Origin: Craspedostauros australis
Lineage: Eukaryota
Assembly: GCA_030167865.1 (NCBI GenBank)
Contig: JALAGF010006020.1
Location: 1 to 46,262 of the forward strand
Direction: 5' to 3'
Length of the DNA stretch: 46,262 nt
The notes under the pieces were generated by a model, which was not told the DNA's origin, did not search any database, and saw only the letters and a program-made list of their open reading frames with translations. Positions 1-9,884 of this stretch are shown here, piece by piece. The position numbers and the translations under genes were made by a program. Each line of letters begins with the position of its first letter. The stretch's first letter is position 1.

Positions 1-229
1 GGCGATGTCGGTTGGGGTAGAGAAAAGCTGGTGCTGCACCTGTTGTTGGTGTTGCATCTGTTGCTGTTGCCATGGTCGCAGTCGAGTTGCTATGTCCTCC
101 TCATGACGTCATGATGACGCGAACAACGGAATTTAATTTTCAGACATGCTTCCGAGTGCGGATCCGAGTGGTCAAATATCATTCCGATCTCCATGGGAGC
201 ACTAAACGCAAGCATACCTCCATACCATC

Positions 230-917
230 GCACTCAAACACAATATAGACCATATGGTTGTGACCGCCTCGGAGAGAGGATTCTTAAATGATATCTATTG
301 TACAGATTGAGCCAAAGACCGCTAAGTCCGGAGACTTCAAAGATGGAGAGTCGAATTTCTCGAAGAAAGAGGCATGATCCTACCGGACTCCTGTAGAATT
401 CTACGTGTAACCAACTGTAACCAATGAGATCCAAAAAAAATCCAGTCTGTCCGTCGTCCGATGGAAAAACCACACCAAGGGGGTCAACAAACAGATAAAG
501 ATCGACAAGATGGTAGTNNNNNNNNNNNNNNNNNNNNNNNNNNNNNNNNNNNNNNNNNNNNNNNNNNAGAGGCATGATCCTACCGGACTCCTGTAGAATT
601 CTACGTGTAACCAACTGTAACCAACGAGATCCAAAAAAATCCCGGTCTGTCCGTCGTCCGATGGAAAAACCACACCAATGGGGTCAACAAACAGATAAAG
701 ATCGACAAGATGGTAGTAACAACAAGATAATGTTATTACTTACCTGGATAGCCCTTTCTCTTAAGTTTAGGTAGATGCAAAGAGATGTTCGATTGAGTGT
801 CTATAACTTTAAGTCTGAGATCGGGAAAATTGGATCCAAAATCTGTAACCAATTGTAACCAATTGTAACCAATTTTTGGGGTCCGGCTCTTTGAGGCACT
901 AGTGTTATCGTGAGTGC
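230..917. mobile_element. AT-rich non-coding segment with repeated TGTAACCAA motifs; possible non-autonomous DNA transposon remnant
   Basis: Lower GC than the flanks. TGTAACCAA occurs twice at ~406-424, twice at ~606-624 and three times at 844-872. A 7-bp inverted repeat (gcactca 230-236 / tgagtgc 911-917) is flanked by ATC on both sides. No transposase ORF. Confidence 0.3.
368..717. repeat. ~150-bp direct duplication (368-517 and 568-717) flanking a 50-N assembly gap (518-567)
   Basis: Both copies start agaggcatgatcctaccggactcc and end gacaagatggtagt. They differ at only a few positions (e.g. ccaatgag/ccaacgag, ccaagg/ccaatg). Confidence 0.9.
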
Positions 918-1036
918 ATCAACTGCGACCTGGAGCTCGTACTCATCTTTCTTTCTCTCTCTTGTTCCATCGTCCTCTCTGCCAATTGGCGTGAGTGGAG
1001 AGAGAGACTCGCATTATCGCAGACGACACTGACATC

Positions 1037-2758
1037 ATGACGGAGACAGACGCGCAGCAGCAACCGAATCAGAAGAACAAGGAGAATCGGACGAAGAGGC
1101 CAACGAACAAGCAGAAGCAGGAGAAGAATGAAGTCCCAAAGCGCACCACGAGGCATGCCAGTACGAGTTGTGGCAGGATGAATATGCGGCAGCTGGCGCT
1201 GTGGATCGCGATCTTCGTGTTCGTGGCATGCAACATCGTGATGATGGCCTCGAGCAATGGGATGATCTCACAATGGGCCGAGGATTCCGTTGCTGCGATG
1301 ATGCCGTCCTTGTCGGGCGCTCCGTCGGAGTACCACAGAATAGAACCGGTCTTCGAAACGACGCATGACTTTCGGATGGACGGTCCTCGGCAGCAACGCG
1401 GCACCTTCGAAGCTCTTCCCATCACCAACGATGGTCTTTTCGAATTTATGGAGGATACCATGCAGGCGCTTGGCATGGCTGGTTCTCCGGATGCTGCTAG
1501 CAATCCAACGCGTTCAGGAATGCTGCGAGGAGGTACGCGTAGTTCGATGCCGGGCGCGACCTTTGCGACGAGCAGCAGCGTCGCGAACAGCAGCAACAGT
1601 AGCAACAGCACTCGCAGCGACAACAGCAGCAACGCTACGATCGTGGTGGACACCATCCACTCCTTTTCGGGTGTTTGCGCGGAGCAGAAGAGCAGCGGGC
1701 AGGCATATGCTGCCGCGTGGATGTGCAGTGTGAACACGTTGCTGCAAAATAGCAGACTGCAAGAGGAGAACCTTTACGATCCGACTCGCAAGTACAATCT
1801 GGAGGCGGGTGTGTTCGCCGTGATGTCTGGCGTTCAGAAGCTGTACAGCACCATCGACATGTTCGACTTCATGGTGCATCACTTGTCGAATTACGCCAAG
1901 ATCGAAGGATTCCATGGTGGCAGGGGTCCGGTCGTGATGGACGAGACGACGAGAAGGACGCAGGAGATGATCGTCGATTACACGGAGCTGGGATACAACA
2001 ACCCCAGCAACATCCGCGCGGACAACGTGCTGGTGATCCTGCCGTACTACGCATCCGAGACGGCGCGGGCCAAGACAAGCAAATCGCACCGGCAGCTGTT
2101 CCTGGAGCTGATTGTGAAGACGATGTCCAACATCTTTCCGAACATCGTGGTGTTCACGGCCACTCAATCGGATTTCGATTACGTGGTGGATGCGGATACC
2201 GGGCTGAACGAGTACCTGTACGACGTGCAGCTGATACCCGATCTGGTCCATCCCACCTGGTTGCCGATCGGCAGCAGCATCCGCACCAGGACGCTGTTCC
2301 TGAACGGCACGTACAGCCAGGACGACTTCCAGTACGTGTACTACACGGAGCCGGACCAGATCCTGCACGTCCGCAATGTGGAGCACATCCTGGGGGTTCT
2401 GGCGGATGAGCCGAGGAACGGGACGGTGATTGCGCCGCATCGTGGTCAGCCGTACCCGCGGTGGGAGGACTTCGACGTGGACAACGCCAACGTGACGACG
2501 GGACTGCCGAGGGGTCTGAAAAAGTTCCTGGGCGCGACAACGCCGCTGCCCATGTTGGACGTGCCCAACCTGCTGACGTCCAGCTGTTGCTTCTCCCGAC
2601 CGTGCCAGCAGAAGAAGGACCGGTCGATGCACAAGCCCTCGTCCACCTTTCCCTTGTTCCGACAGCACATGAGCCTTGCCCACATCACGGGCACCGGCAA
2701 TATCTTCAAGGAGGAGTACATCCAGTGCAACTTCAGCGATGTCCGGGTGGAGTGCTGA
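1037..2758 (+). CDS. Type II membrane protein, 573 aa, putative Golgi glycosyltransferase-like (GT-A-like)
   Basis: First ATG of the ORF is at 1037. Basic N-terminal tail, one TM (LALWIAIFVFVACNIVMMA), Ser/Asn-rich stem, then a globular domain with a beta-strand followed by an acidic motif (YVYYTEPDQIL, DxD-like). Strong C/G-ending codon bias. The function is an inference. Confidence 0.75.
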   Translation: MTETDAQQQPNQKNKENRTKRPTNKQKQEKNEVPKRTTRHASTSCGRMNMRQLALWIAIFVFVACNIVMMASSNGMISQWAEDSVAAMMPSLSGAPSEYHRIEPVFETTHDFRMDGPRQQRGTFEALPITNDGLFEFMEDTMQALGMAGSPDAASNPTRSGMLRGGTRSSMPGATFATSSSVANSSNSSNSTRSDNSSNATIVVDTIHSFSGVCAEQKSSGQAYAAAWMCSVNTLLQNSRLQEENLYDPTRKYNLEAGVFAVMSGVQKLYSTIDMFDFMVHHLSNYAKIEGFHGGRGPVVMDETTRRTQEMIVDYTELGYNNPSNIRADNVLVILPYYASETARAKTSKSHRQLFLELIVKTMSNIFPNIVVFTATQSDFDYVVDADTGLNEYLYDVQLIPDLVHPTWLPIGSSIRTRTLFLNGTYSQDDFQYVYYTEPDQILHVRNVEHILGVLADEPRNGTVIAPHRGQPYPRWEDFDVDNANVTTGLPRGLKKFLGATTPLPMLDVPNLLTSSCCFSRPCQQKKDRSMHKPSSTFPLFRQHMSLAHITGTGNIFKEEYIQCNFSDVRVEC

Positions 2759-2823
2759 TGGCTTATGGGTGATGGCTGATGGGCGTGCTGACGAAGAAGT
2801 GTGGACACATGCATCGCCTGCAA

Positions 2824-2866
2824 GTTGAGTTGAGTTGGGTTGGGTTGAGTTGGGTTGAGTTGAGTT
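2824..2866. repeat. Pentanucleotide microsatellite (GTTGA/GTTGG)n
   Basis: gttgagttgagttgggttgggttgagttgggttgagttgagttg, downstream of the first gene. Confidence 0.9.
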
Positions 2867-3729
2867 GCGTAAAGCAATGCTCTCTGGAGCGATGATGGCA
2901 TGGTACTTCATGACCCATCAATACTTCGCCGATACTCGTACCAGCACCATTGCTCGGCCTTGCTCTCTGGTCTCCAGAAACTGTGTCTTCCACATCTAGA
3001 CTGACTAGTTAGACTTTCTGTAAGAAGCGAAAAGAGTACTTATAAAGTTTCACATGTTGTTTCGACAAATTATGACGGCTGGCTCGGGTGGGACTCCAAC
3101 GTTGAGTCTTACAGTCACGTAGAACTGGTACAACGGATGGCAGGGAGATGGATTTGAATTGTCCGGAATGAGCGTGCCGTGTCTCTGAGACATTATATAC
3201 ATATTCAGGATTGTATGACATTCATACGATTTGGAGGGAGAGTTGCTGTGCCGATTGGCGTGCTCTTCTTGCGTGACGGTGGGCGCAGGACAAGAACAGT
3301 GCGGCACCCTGGGGAAAAATTCACCATGGTGCTCTGCGCGTTGTCGACTGCAACACGGGGCGAAGGACAAGGAAGCACAGTACCACGGTCAATGTTTACG
3401 AGAGGCTCCAGACAGAGAGCACCACATCACGGCAACGACCGACGCACTATACCACTTCAGGAAGCATCCTGTCTCAGGCAAAGGCAGCCATCACCATCAT
3501 CATTGTCATTGTCACTGCCATTGCCATTGCTACACAAAGCCCAACTGAGTACGAGCATTGATGAACGAGAGCCAAACAGGGAAATAGACAGAACCAAGGA
3601 GATACCGATACAAAGAGCATCAGTCGGGCGCAAGTTCGAAGACCAGAAACGCCGTTCAATCAACACTCACAATCACTCACAAACACTCACAAACACAGGC
3701 ACAGCTAGGGAGGGGACAAGAGAGCAACG

Positions 3730-5316
3730 ATGTACGGCACAGGAAGACCGACCAACAGCGCGAGAAACGGAGCGAACTCCAGCATGCGACGACGCACGGA
3801 GAACGACCAGGATGAGACCGATAGCCTGTTTGCATCGCCTGAATCGACCACCAGCATGGCGGACTTCACCTACCCACCGTACTCCGACGCTGCCTTCACC
3901 TCCATGCGCAGACGGAAGCGCATGCAGCGCAGCGGCAACGACCTGGTCAAGCTGGTCATGAAGGGCGTCTTCCTGTCGCCGTTGCTGGTGTTGGTCGTCT
4001 GGAGCGTCTTCGCAGTCATGTTCTCGCACAAGCACAAGAACGGCGCCCACACCAACTCCGCCCAGAAGCAATCTCGGAGGCAGGCGGTCCTCAATGCCAA
4101 TGTCAACGGCAACGCCATGACGCAGAAGATGCAGGCGTTCCCGCAGCAGCAGATGCCCTTCCTCGACGCCACCAACAACGGGAACAAAGGAAGCAACGGA
4201 AACAACGGCAGATTCCCCTTCCTCAGAGGATCCTTCGGAGGCAACCAAATGCCGCAGCAATTGGCCTTCGGCTACGCCTTCCCTGGCCAGAACATGCAGA
4301 GCAACCGCATGTCCCTGCCACAGCAACAAATGCAGCAGCAAATGCAGGCGCAGATGCACCAGTTCCAGCAACCTCAACAGCTGCCGCAGTACTCTGACCA
4401 GCAACTCATGCAGGCACAAGCACAAGCTCAGGCGCAGATGAACATGCAGATGCAACTGCCGATGAACGCGCAGATGCAGATGCCCGTTCCCAACAATGCC
4501 AATGCAGTCTATCAGATGCCACCTGCGCAGCAACAACAGATGCAGATGAACATGCAGCAACAGATGAACATGCAACAAATGGACCCCAACGCCATGTCCA
4601 ACACCGACCTTGCGGGTGTGCCACCGCAGCAGCATATCGTCTCCTTCGATCGCAACTCGCACACAGTCAGTCACGAACGCCGGCAGCAGATGGGGGAGCC
4701 TGACCAGAATGCCAACAATGCCAACGTCGACGGAAACGCGCTCAGCATGCCACTTATGGGAGCAGTCAACGACTACAAGCGAGTCTACTACTACGATCCA
4801 ACCGAAACGACCAACTCCAACGGAATGCAGATGCCAAGGACCGTGTATGATCCTCAAGGCAGACCAGTCTCCATGGACTCGCTGCAAGGCACCCAGGTTC
4901 ACATGAGGACTCCGCTCCAAATGCCACTTCAAGCACCCATGCACCAGGCCGTCCAACCGGGTCCACCGCAGCTCAACGCAACGCTCAACGACGCACAGCA
5001 GCCAGCCATGGAGATGGCAATCAACATCCCCTCCATGCCAGCAGCCGCGGATGTCTGGGGCACTTCGCCAGCGCAGCAGAACTACATCATCGTCTGCACC
5101 GTCGCCATCATGGCCCTGCTCGTTGGTGCCAGATCCGCCAAGCGACTTCGCAACGGAGGCGTCCTCTCCATGTGCATCGAGAACGAGGCCATCGAAAACG
5201 AGATCGCCTACGATGAGGCCTACACAACGCAGCATTCGACAGCCGATTCCTACAATACCTTCGGCAACGGCACACCGGCTGCATGGAACGGCGATCTGGA
5301 AAAGTTTGATGTCTGA
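3730..5316 (+). CDS. Two-TM membrane protein, 528 aa, with a long Gln/Met/Asn/Pro-rich loop; unknown function
   Basis: TM1 GVFLSPLLVLVVWSVFAVMF, QM-rich low-complexity region, YYYDP motif, TM2 YIIVCTVAIMALLVGA, acidic Tyr-containing tail ending WNGDLEKFDV. Coding-like codon bias. Confidence 0.85.
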   Translation: MYGTGRPTNSARNGANSSMRRRTENDQDETDSLFASPESTTSMADFTYPPYSDAAFTSMRRRKRMQRSGNDLVKLVMKGVFLSPLLVLVVWSVFAVMFSHKHKNGAHTNSAQKQSRRQAVLNANVNGNAMTQKMQAFPQQQMPFLDATNNGNKGSNGNNGRFPFLRGSFGGNQMPQQLAFGYAFPGQNMQSNRMSLPQQQMQQQMQAQMHQFQQPQQLPQYSDQQLMQAQAQAQAQMNMQMQLPMNAQMQMPVPNNANAVYQMPPAQQQQMQMNMQQQMNMQQMDPNAMSNTDLAGVPPQQHIVSFDRNSHTVSHERRQQMGEPDQNANNANVDGNALSMPLMGAVNDYKRVYYYDPTETTNSNGMQMPRTVYDPQGRPVSMDSLQGTQVHMRTPLQMPLQAPMHQAVQPGPPQLNATLNDAQQPAMEMAINIPSMPAAADVWGTSPAQQNYIIVCTVAIMALLVGARSAKRLRNGGVLSMCIENEAIENEIAYDEAYTTQHSTADSYNTFGNGTPAAWNGDLEKFDV

Positions 5317-6271
5317 TGGGTCGAAAGGCGAAGGCACGAAGGGGCGAAAGAGGGGCCGCCATCAACTGTCATCAACCACCGTCAAAGCTTCCACTCTGCT
5401 CTGTTCTGCTCCATTCACTGCATCAGGTCAAAGAAACTCGGCTTCCTTGGAGGAACGTCGAGGTATTCCGTCGTGACATCAGCAGATTTGTGTCGGCACA
5501 TACTTGTGCCATGGCTCGTATTCGATGATACATCCCGGCCTCATGAGCAACAAGCAGCGGTAGCTCACTGACATGCGCAGGGACCAACCCCCGCATCGTC
5601 GCACCGCTGGATCAAGTAGCACATAGTCATACGAGTGAAAAAGATGCAAGCACAGGGAAAGTCAAGGGTGTGATGCGGAACAACCGGGAGAGGGGTGGAT
5701 AATCGAAGTGCGATGTGCAAGGTAGAGTGAAGTATTATAATAGGAGAATATAATAATAGTATGATAGGTGAAACTCGGCAGAACATCAACGGCATGGAGT
5801 GGAGTGGAGTGGAGCAGATAGGCTCACCTCGTCTTTCTCGCTAACGTCGACCCTCGAAAGCGATGCTCGTTGTCTGCACTCGTCAGCTCAGATCAAGTCC
5901 CAAATGACCGTGAATCGATCACCTCGACCAAACCATTCCGGATTGTCTGATCATATCTTTTTCGAGTCAGTCATTTGTGGGCAAGATGACCATGATTTGA
6001 TCTTGTTTTGCGCCGACCCAGCCACCGACGCTTTTCTTCCATGTTCAGCTTTCCGTCGTTGATGTGGGTGGAAAGTCTTCCTGATGCAACTGGGTGGAAC
6101 GGAACCAGGAGATGTTGGTGCGCAGGAATAGGCATCGGACAAGAACAATTGTCATAAAACACAAGCAAGGAGGGAGGAAGACACCATCGGTTCATCTCCA
6201 CTCAACTCAACCTACACCAACCCAATCTACACCAATACCAATACACGCGCAAGCGCAAGAAGAACGCAAAG

Positions 6272-6811
6272 ATGGCTGAATTGATGTTCGGACTTGGGCA
6301 GACCAAGAAGAAAAAGGAGACGAACGCCAAGGTCGCACAGACCAAGAAGAACCTGAAGGATGTGACCATCACGGAGACTGTAGAAGGTAATGTTCGAAAT
6401 CAGCAATTCAGCCGCGAGCAGACTGCGAAATCCGTGCAAAAGAATACACTGAAGGCTAACGCTGATGTCACTGTCTCTGAAACCGTTGAAGGCCAAGTAC
6501 GGAACCAACAGTTCAACCGCGAACAGACCGCCAAGGCCACGGCCAAGAAGACCCTCAAGGACAACGCCGACGTCGTCATCACCGAGACCGTCGAAGGACA
6601 GGTGCGCAACGAGCAGTTCAACAGAGACCAGGACTTCAAGAAGATGCAGAAGGAGACCATCACCAACCTCCGCGACATCAACATCACCGACACCGTCGAG
6701 GGAGACGTCCGCAAGGAGCAGCACACGCGCGAGAAGGACTGGAAGGCCGCCGGCGCCAACCAGAAGAAGGAGAACACCAGCTTCGACATGGCCAAGGCTC
6801 TCTTCAGCTAG
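6272..6811 (+). CDS. 179-aa hydrophilic protein composed of four 35-aa tandem repeats
   Basis: Repeats start at 6359, 6464, 6569 and 6674 (105-nt period), consensus DVxITETVEGxVRNxQFxRE. Repeat divergence is concentrated at synonymous positions, which supports coding. Confidence 0.9.
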   Translation: MAELMFGLGQTKKKKETNAKVAQTKKNLKDVTITETVEGNVRNQQFSREQTAKSVQKNTLKANADVTVSETVEGQVRNQQFNREQTAKATAKKTLKDNADVVITETVEGQVRNEQFNRDQDFKKMQKETITNLRDINITDTVEGDVRKEQHTREKDWKAAGANQKKENTSFDMAKALFS

Positions 6812-7598
6812 GCACCACGTGCGAGGACATACCACATGCATACTCGTACAAGCTTTGCCTTCCTCTCCTTCTTTCGGGCCCCATGCGATGCGCGGCTTCC
6901 GTTGCGCTGCCCTCCGGCGTCGTTCTCCTAAGTCTCTGCATCCCATGTACCCACAAGTCCGTCCCATCATCTCCTGTTGATGCCCTGTCGTCGGGGTCGC
7001 AGATTCATCGCCTGGTCGATCAATTGTGGATCATCTCCAGCGATAGCCACAACAACAACAACAACAACAATCGCGAGACATGAACTCCTGGTTATGTTGG
7101 GTCTTCGATTCATCACACACCGTACTTGAACTTGACGCACATGCACACCATGCATGCAACGGATCTCTCTTTTTCTTCTTCTTCACTGCAATTAAAAACA
7201 AACCATCCCCGAGCCGCACTCTTTGTGCACCGTTCATACAACAACAACAACAGCAACTCCACAAACATACAACCACTATATACGTAAAACGCACTTTATG
7301 ATCATAAACAACGCTTCAATTACCACAAGGATGTATCGCAATTGCTCTCTGTTGGTGGCGTCCCAAGTATTTTCGGGATGCCAATGACGTAATTTGTGTT
7401 GCAAATAGTGATGGCTCGTATTCGTGCGCACCAGTAATCGTGGTTGAAACTGACAGAGGCGTATCCGAGTGGCGTGCTCGTCCTATTTCATGTTATGAGC
7501 GTCAAAGTTCCAAGAACGCAAACCCAAGGTGTGTTCGCTAATATTATATAACAGCATGCACTCCATCGTCTCTGCCTGAGGAGACACACCCTCGCTGA

Positions 7599-9884
7599 CT
7601 AATCTTGATTGCGAACGGGCTGCGGGACGGTCACCACGTAATCCCCCTCGTTGGGGGTTGCCAGCTTAGACATGGAGAACTCGCCGATCTCCTCCTTGTT
7701 CTTACCTGTCACAGCATCTTCCATGTGCACCTTTCCATGGCAGTAGATCACATCCTCGCCGCTCTTGGCGCTCTTGGCGCGTTCCTCCACGATGGGGATG
7801 CCGAAGGCGTTCATTGTCATGCCGCTTCTCACCCGCGTCACGGTGCCCTCCATCACCAGGATGCGTTGCTTCTGGGGCGGCACCACCAACCGGATGCGGA
7901 GATGCGCGGGACCGCCCTGCGGATTGCTCTCATCCACCAGCAGCTTCCACGTCCCACCCGACGAGCGCTGCTTCGTCTCCCTGTCAAGGATGGGACCACC
8001 GGCAGTCCTGCCATCGACACGCAAGATGATATTCTCGCAGTCCATCGACGACGTGAATCCTGTCGGGCTGGACAGGAATTCCCAGAAACCCACAAAGTGC
8101 TCGCGGCTCGGGTACGGTGGCAGATTGCTGCTGGCTGACGACGATGACGATGCTGTGCTGCTGGTCGGTTCCGCCATGGCTGACAATTTGCCTTCCTTGT
8201 ATTTCTGGAAGACGGGGTTCTCCTCGATCGGTGGCATGTCCTTAACCTCGTCGACCTGCTTGCGTGTGGCTTCTCGGGCCTCCATGATGAGCCGGATACG
8301 TTGCTTCGTCCAATCCTCAATGAAATCGTCGCCGGATGCCGTCTGTGGTCTGCGGGTTGGAAGAAGTATCTCTTCGTCCTCTTCGTCCTCGTCGTCCTCG
8401 TCGTCCTCGTCATCAACGTTGCTATCGCTAGTGTGTTCTCCTGTGATTTGCTCGTTGACAACCGCTGCATCTTGAACGGTTTCAGTGTTCGGATCATCTC
8501 CCACTCCCACAAGGCCCTCCGATGCCGATTCCTGATACAGCTTCTCCAATCGCTGCCTTGTCTTCTTCATGAGCACATCCGGCGTTTCGTTGGGGTTTGA
8601 CGAGGAAATAGGATTGTTGGACGGTGCCGAATTGGAGGTCTCCTTCAGCAGCTCCGCCTCCTGCTTCTGACGTTCCTCCTCCAGACGTTGCATCTGGTAC
8701 TCCTCGAACTTTGTCTCCTGCGCCTTCAGGGTCGCATTCTCTGTATGTGGCAGGGCTACCATCTCGTGCGGGAAGAGGAACATGTCATGGTCCTGCAGGA
8801 TGCGATCCTCGGCAGTGCGCGGGTAGATGGCGATCTCACACATGCGCACGCTGCGTCCGAAGGTGTCGTCCCACCAGTTTGCCCAAAAGAGGGGTGAGAT
8901 GCCGTTGCCACCCTGGTCGGAGGTGAGAAATTGGAACTCCTCATCCGTGATTTCTTCCTTTTCGTGCTTGAAGCGGTTGATGTTGTCGTTAAACTCTTTC
9001 GGCAACTGCATGAATGGGATACGCGGGCGGTAGGTTGTGTCGGCCACACCGTCCATCTGGGCCACCGCCTCGATTGCTTGCGGATGCGGATCGTTTGGCA
9101 GGAAAACCTTGAATCCGTTCTGCTCGAACGCCACCTGAAGCGCGCTAACCAGAGAACACAGACGCCGCGTTCCCTCGTTTTCTGGATCGCCAACTGTGTT
9201 GAGAATCTCGTGGTTCTCGCCATCGATCTCCAACGTCGCGAACGTCATGAGCAAAGGGCGTGTGCCATCGGCGTTGGTGAAATCCATGTTGCTGCTTTTG
9301 TCGTTTTCGTTGCTGTTATCGTTCTCATCATCATCACTCCCACTCTTCATTTCTTTGGTCTTGGAAGCTTCGTCAAGATGATCGAAGAACTGCTGCTGCA
9401 CAACGCCGCGGACGATCTTTTTGATCTCGGATGTGACGCGGTGGGGCGCCTTCGACGATGCACCCCGCACGTACAGCAAGGGCAGTCGCGTCACGGCGGG
9501 CACGATGCAGGCATCGGCCAGGATGGGGCAGTGGTACAGAATGGCACGCTGCACCGATTCCAGCTCGATCATCAGTTCGTGACAGTCGCCAACCGGGATG
9601 GCGATCATGTGCGTGGCGTCGCTCACATCTAACTTGGAACCATCAGCTTCCTGCGGCTGCGCAGCGTCCTCCGATGCGATGCTGTCCAAGAAGTCCGCGA
9701 CGAACTCGTTCATGCGGCTGCTTTCGGGGCCGACATCGTCAACTCCGAAGGAACCGATCTGCGTTGCCCTGCTGACGCGTATTGGCGTCGATTGCATCAT
9801 GAAGGAATGCACCATGGGAGATCCCAGCAAGGCATGCTGGGCAACGGCCAGCACAGACGCAACGGCACCTGCGGTCGACCTCAT
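7599..9884 (-). CDS. 761-aa protein with an N-terminal targeting peptide, a degenerate AKAP7-like 2H-phosphoesterase domain, an acidic linker and a C-terminal beta-rich domain
   Basis: Hydrophobic N-terminus followed by VHS-FMM (ASAF-like site). THMIAIP...TRLPLLYV...YRPRIPFMQL aligns by eye with AKAP7/ASCC1 motifs. The C-terminal FVGFWE...IILRVDG...GGTWK region suggests a beta-barrel. Confidence 0.85.
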   Translation of the reverse strand: MRSTAGAVASVLAVAQHALLGSPMVHSFMMQSTPIRVSRATQIGSFGVDDVGPESSRMNEFVADFLDSIASEDAAQPQEADGSKLDVSDATHMIAIPVGDCHELMIELESVQRAILYHCPILADACIVPAVTRLPLLYVRGASSKAPHRVTSEIKKIVRGVVQQQFFDHLDEASKTKEMKSGSDDDENDNSNENDKSSNMDFTNADGTRPLLMTFATLEIDGENHEILNTVGDPENEGTRRLCSLVSALQVAFEQNGFKVFLPNDPHPQAIEAVAQMDGVADTTYRPRIPFMQLPKEFNDNINRFKHEKEEITDEEFQFLTSDQGGNGISPLFWANWWDDTFGRSVRMCEIAIYPRTAEDRILQDHDMFLFPHEMVALPHTENATLKAQETKFEEYQMQRLEEERQKQEAELLKETSNSAPSNNPISSSNPNETPDVLMKKTRQRLEKLYQESASEGLVGVGDDPNTETVQDAAVVNEQITGEHTSDSNVDDEDDEDDEDEEDEEILLPTRRPQTASGDDFIEDWTKQRIRLIMEAREATRKQVDEVKDMPPIEENPVFQKYKEGKLSAMAEPTSSTASSSSSASSNLPPYPSREHFVGFWEFLSSPTGFTSSMDCENIILRVDGRTAGGPILDRETKQRSSGGTWKLLVDESNPQGGPAHLRIRLVVPPQKQRILVMEGTVTRVRSGMTMNAFGIPIVEERAKSAKSGEDVIYCHGKVHMEDAVTGKNKEEIGEFSMSKLATPNEGDYVVTVPQPVRNQD

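Noticed and set aside
368..717. Genuine tandem duplication or CRISPR-like repeat
   Set aside because: The two copies directly abut an N gap and most likely represent overlapping contig ends or haplotypes. There is no repeat-spacer structure.
2824..2866. Telomere-like repeat
   Set aside because: Mixed GTTGA/GTTGG pentamers, short and internal, not TTAGGG-type; an ordinary microsatellite.
3179..3961. 260-aa ORF overlapping the start of the Q/M-rich gene
   Set aside because: Non-ATG start, no codon bias or motifs, and it overlaps a better-supported CDS in another frame.
1514..5337. Long antisense ORFs (1514-2911, 3673-5337; similarly 27241-28251, 30676-31482, 45287-46063)
   Set aside because: They are shadows of GC-rich coding sequence on the opposite strand and carry no motifs of their own.
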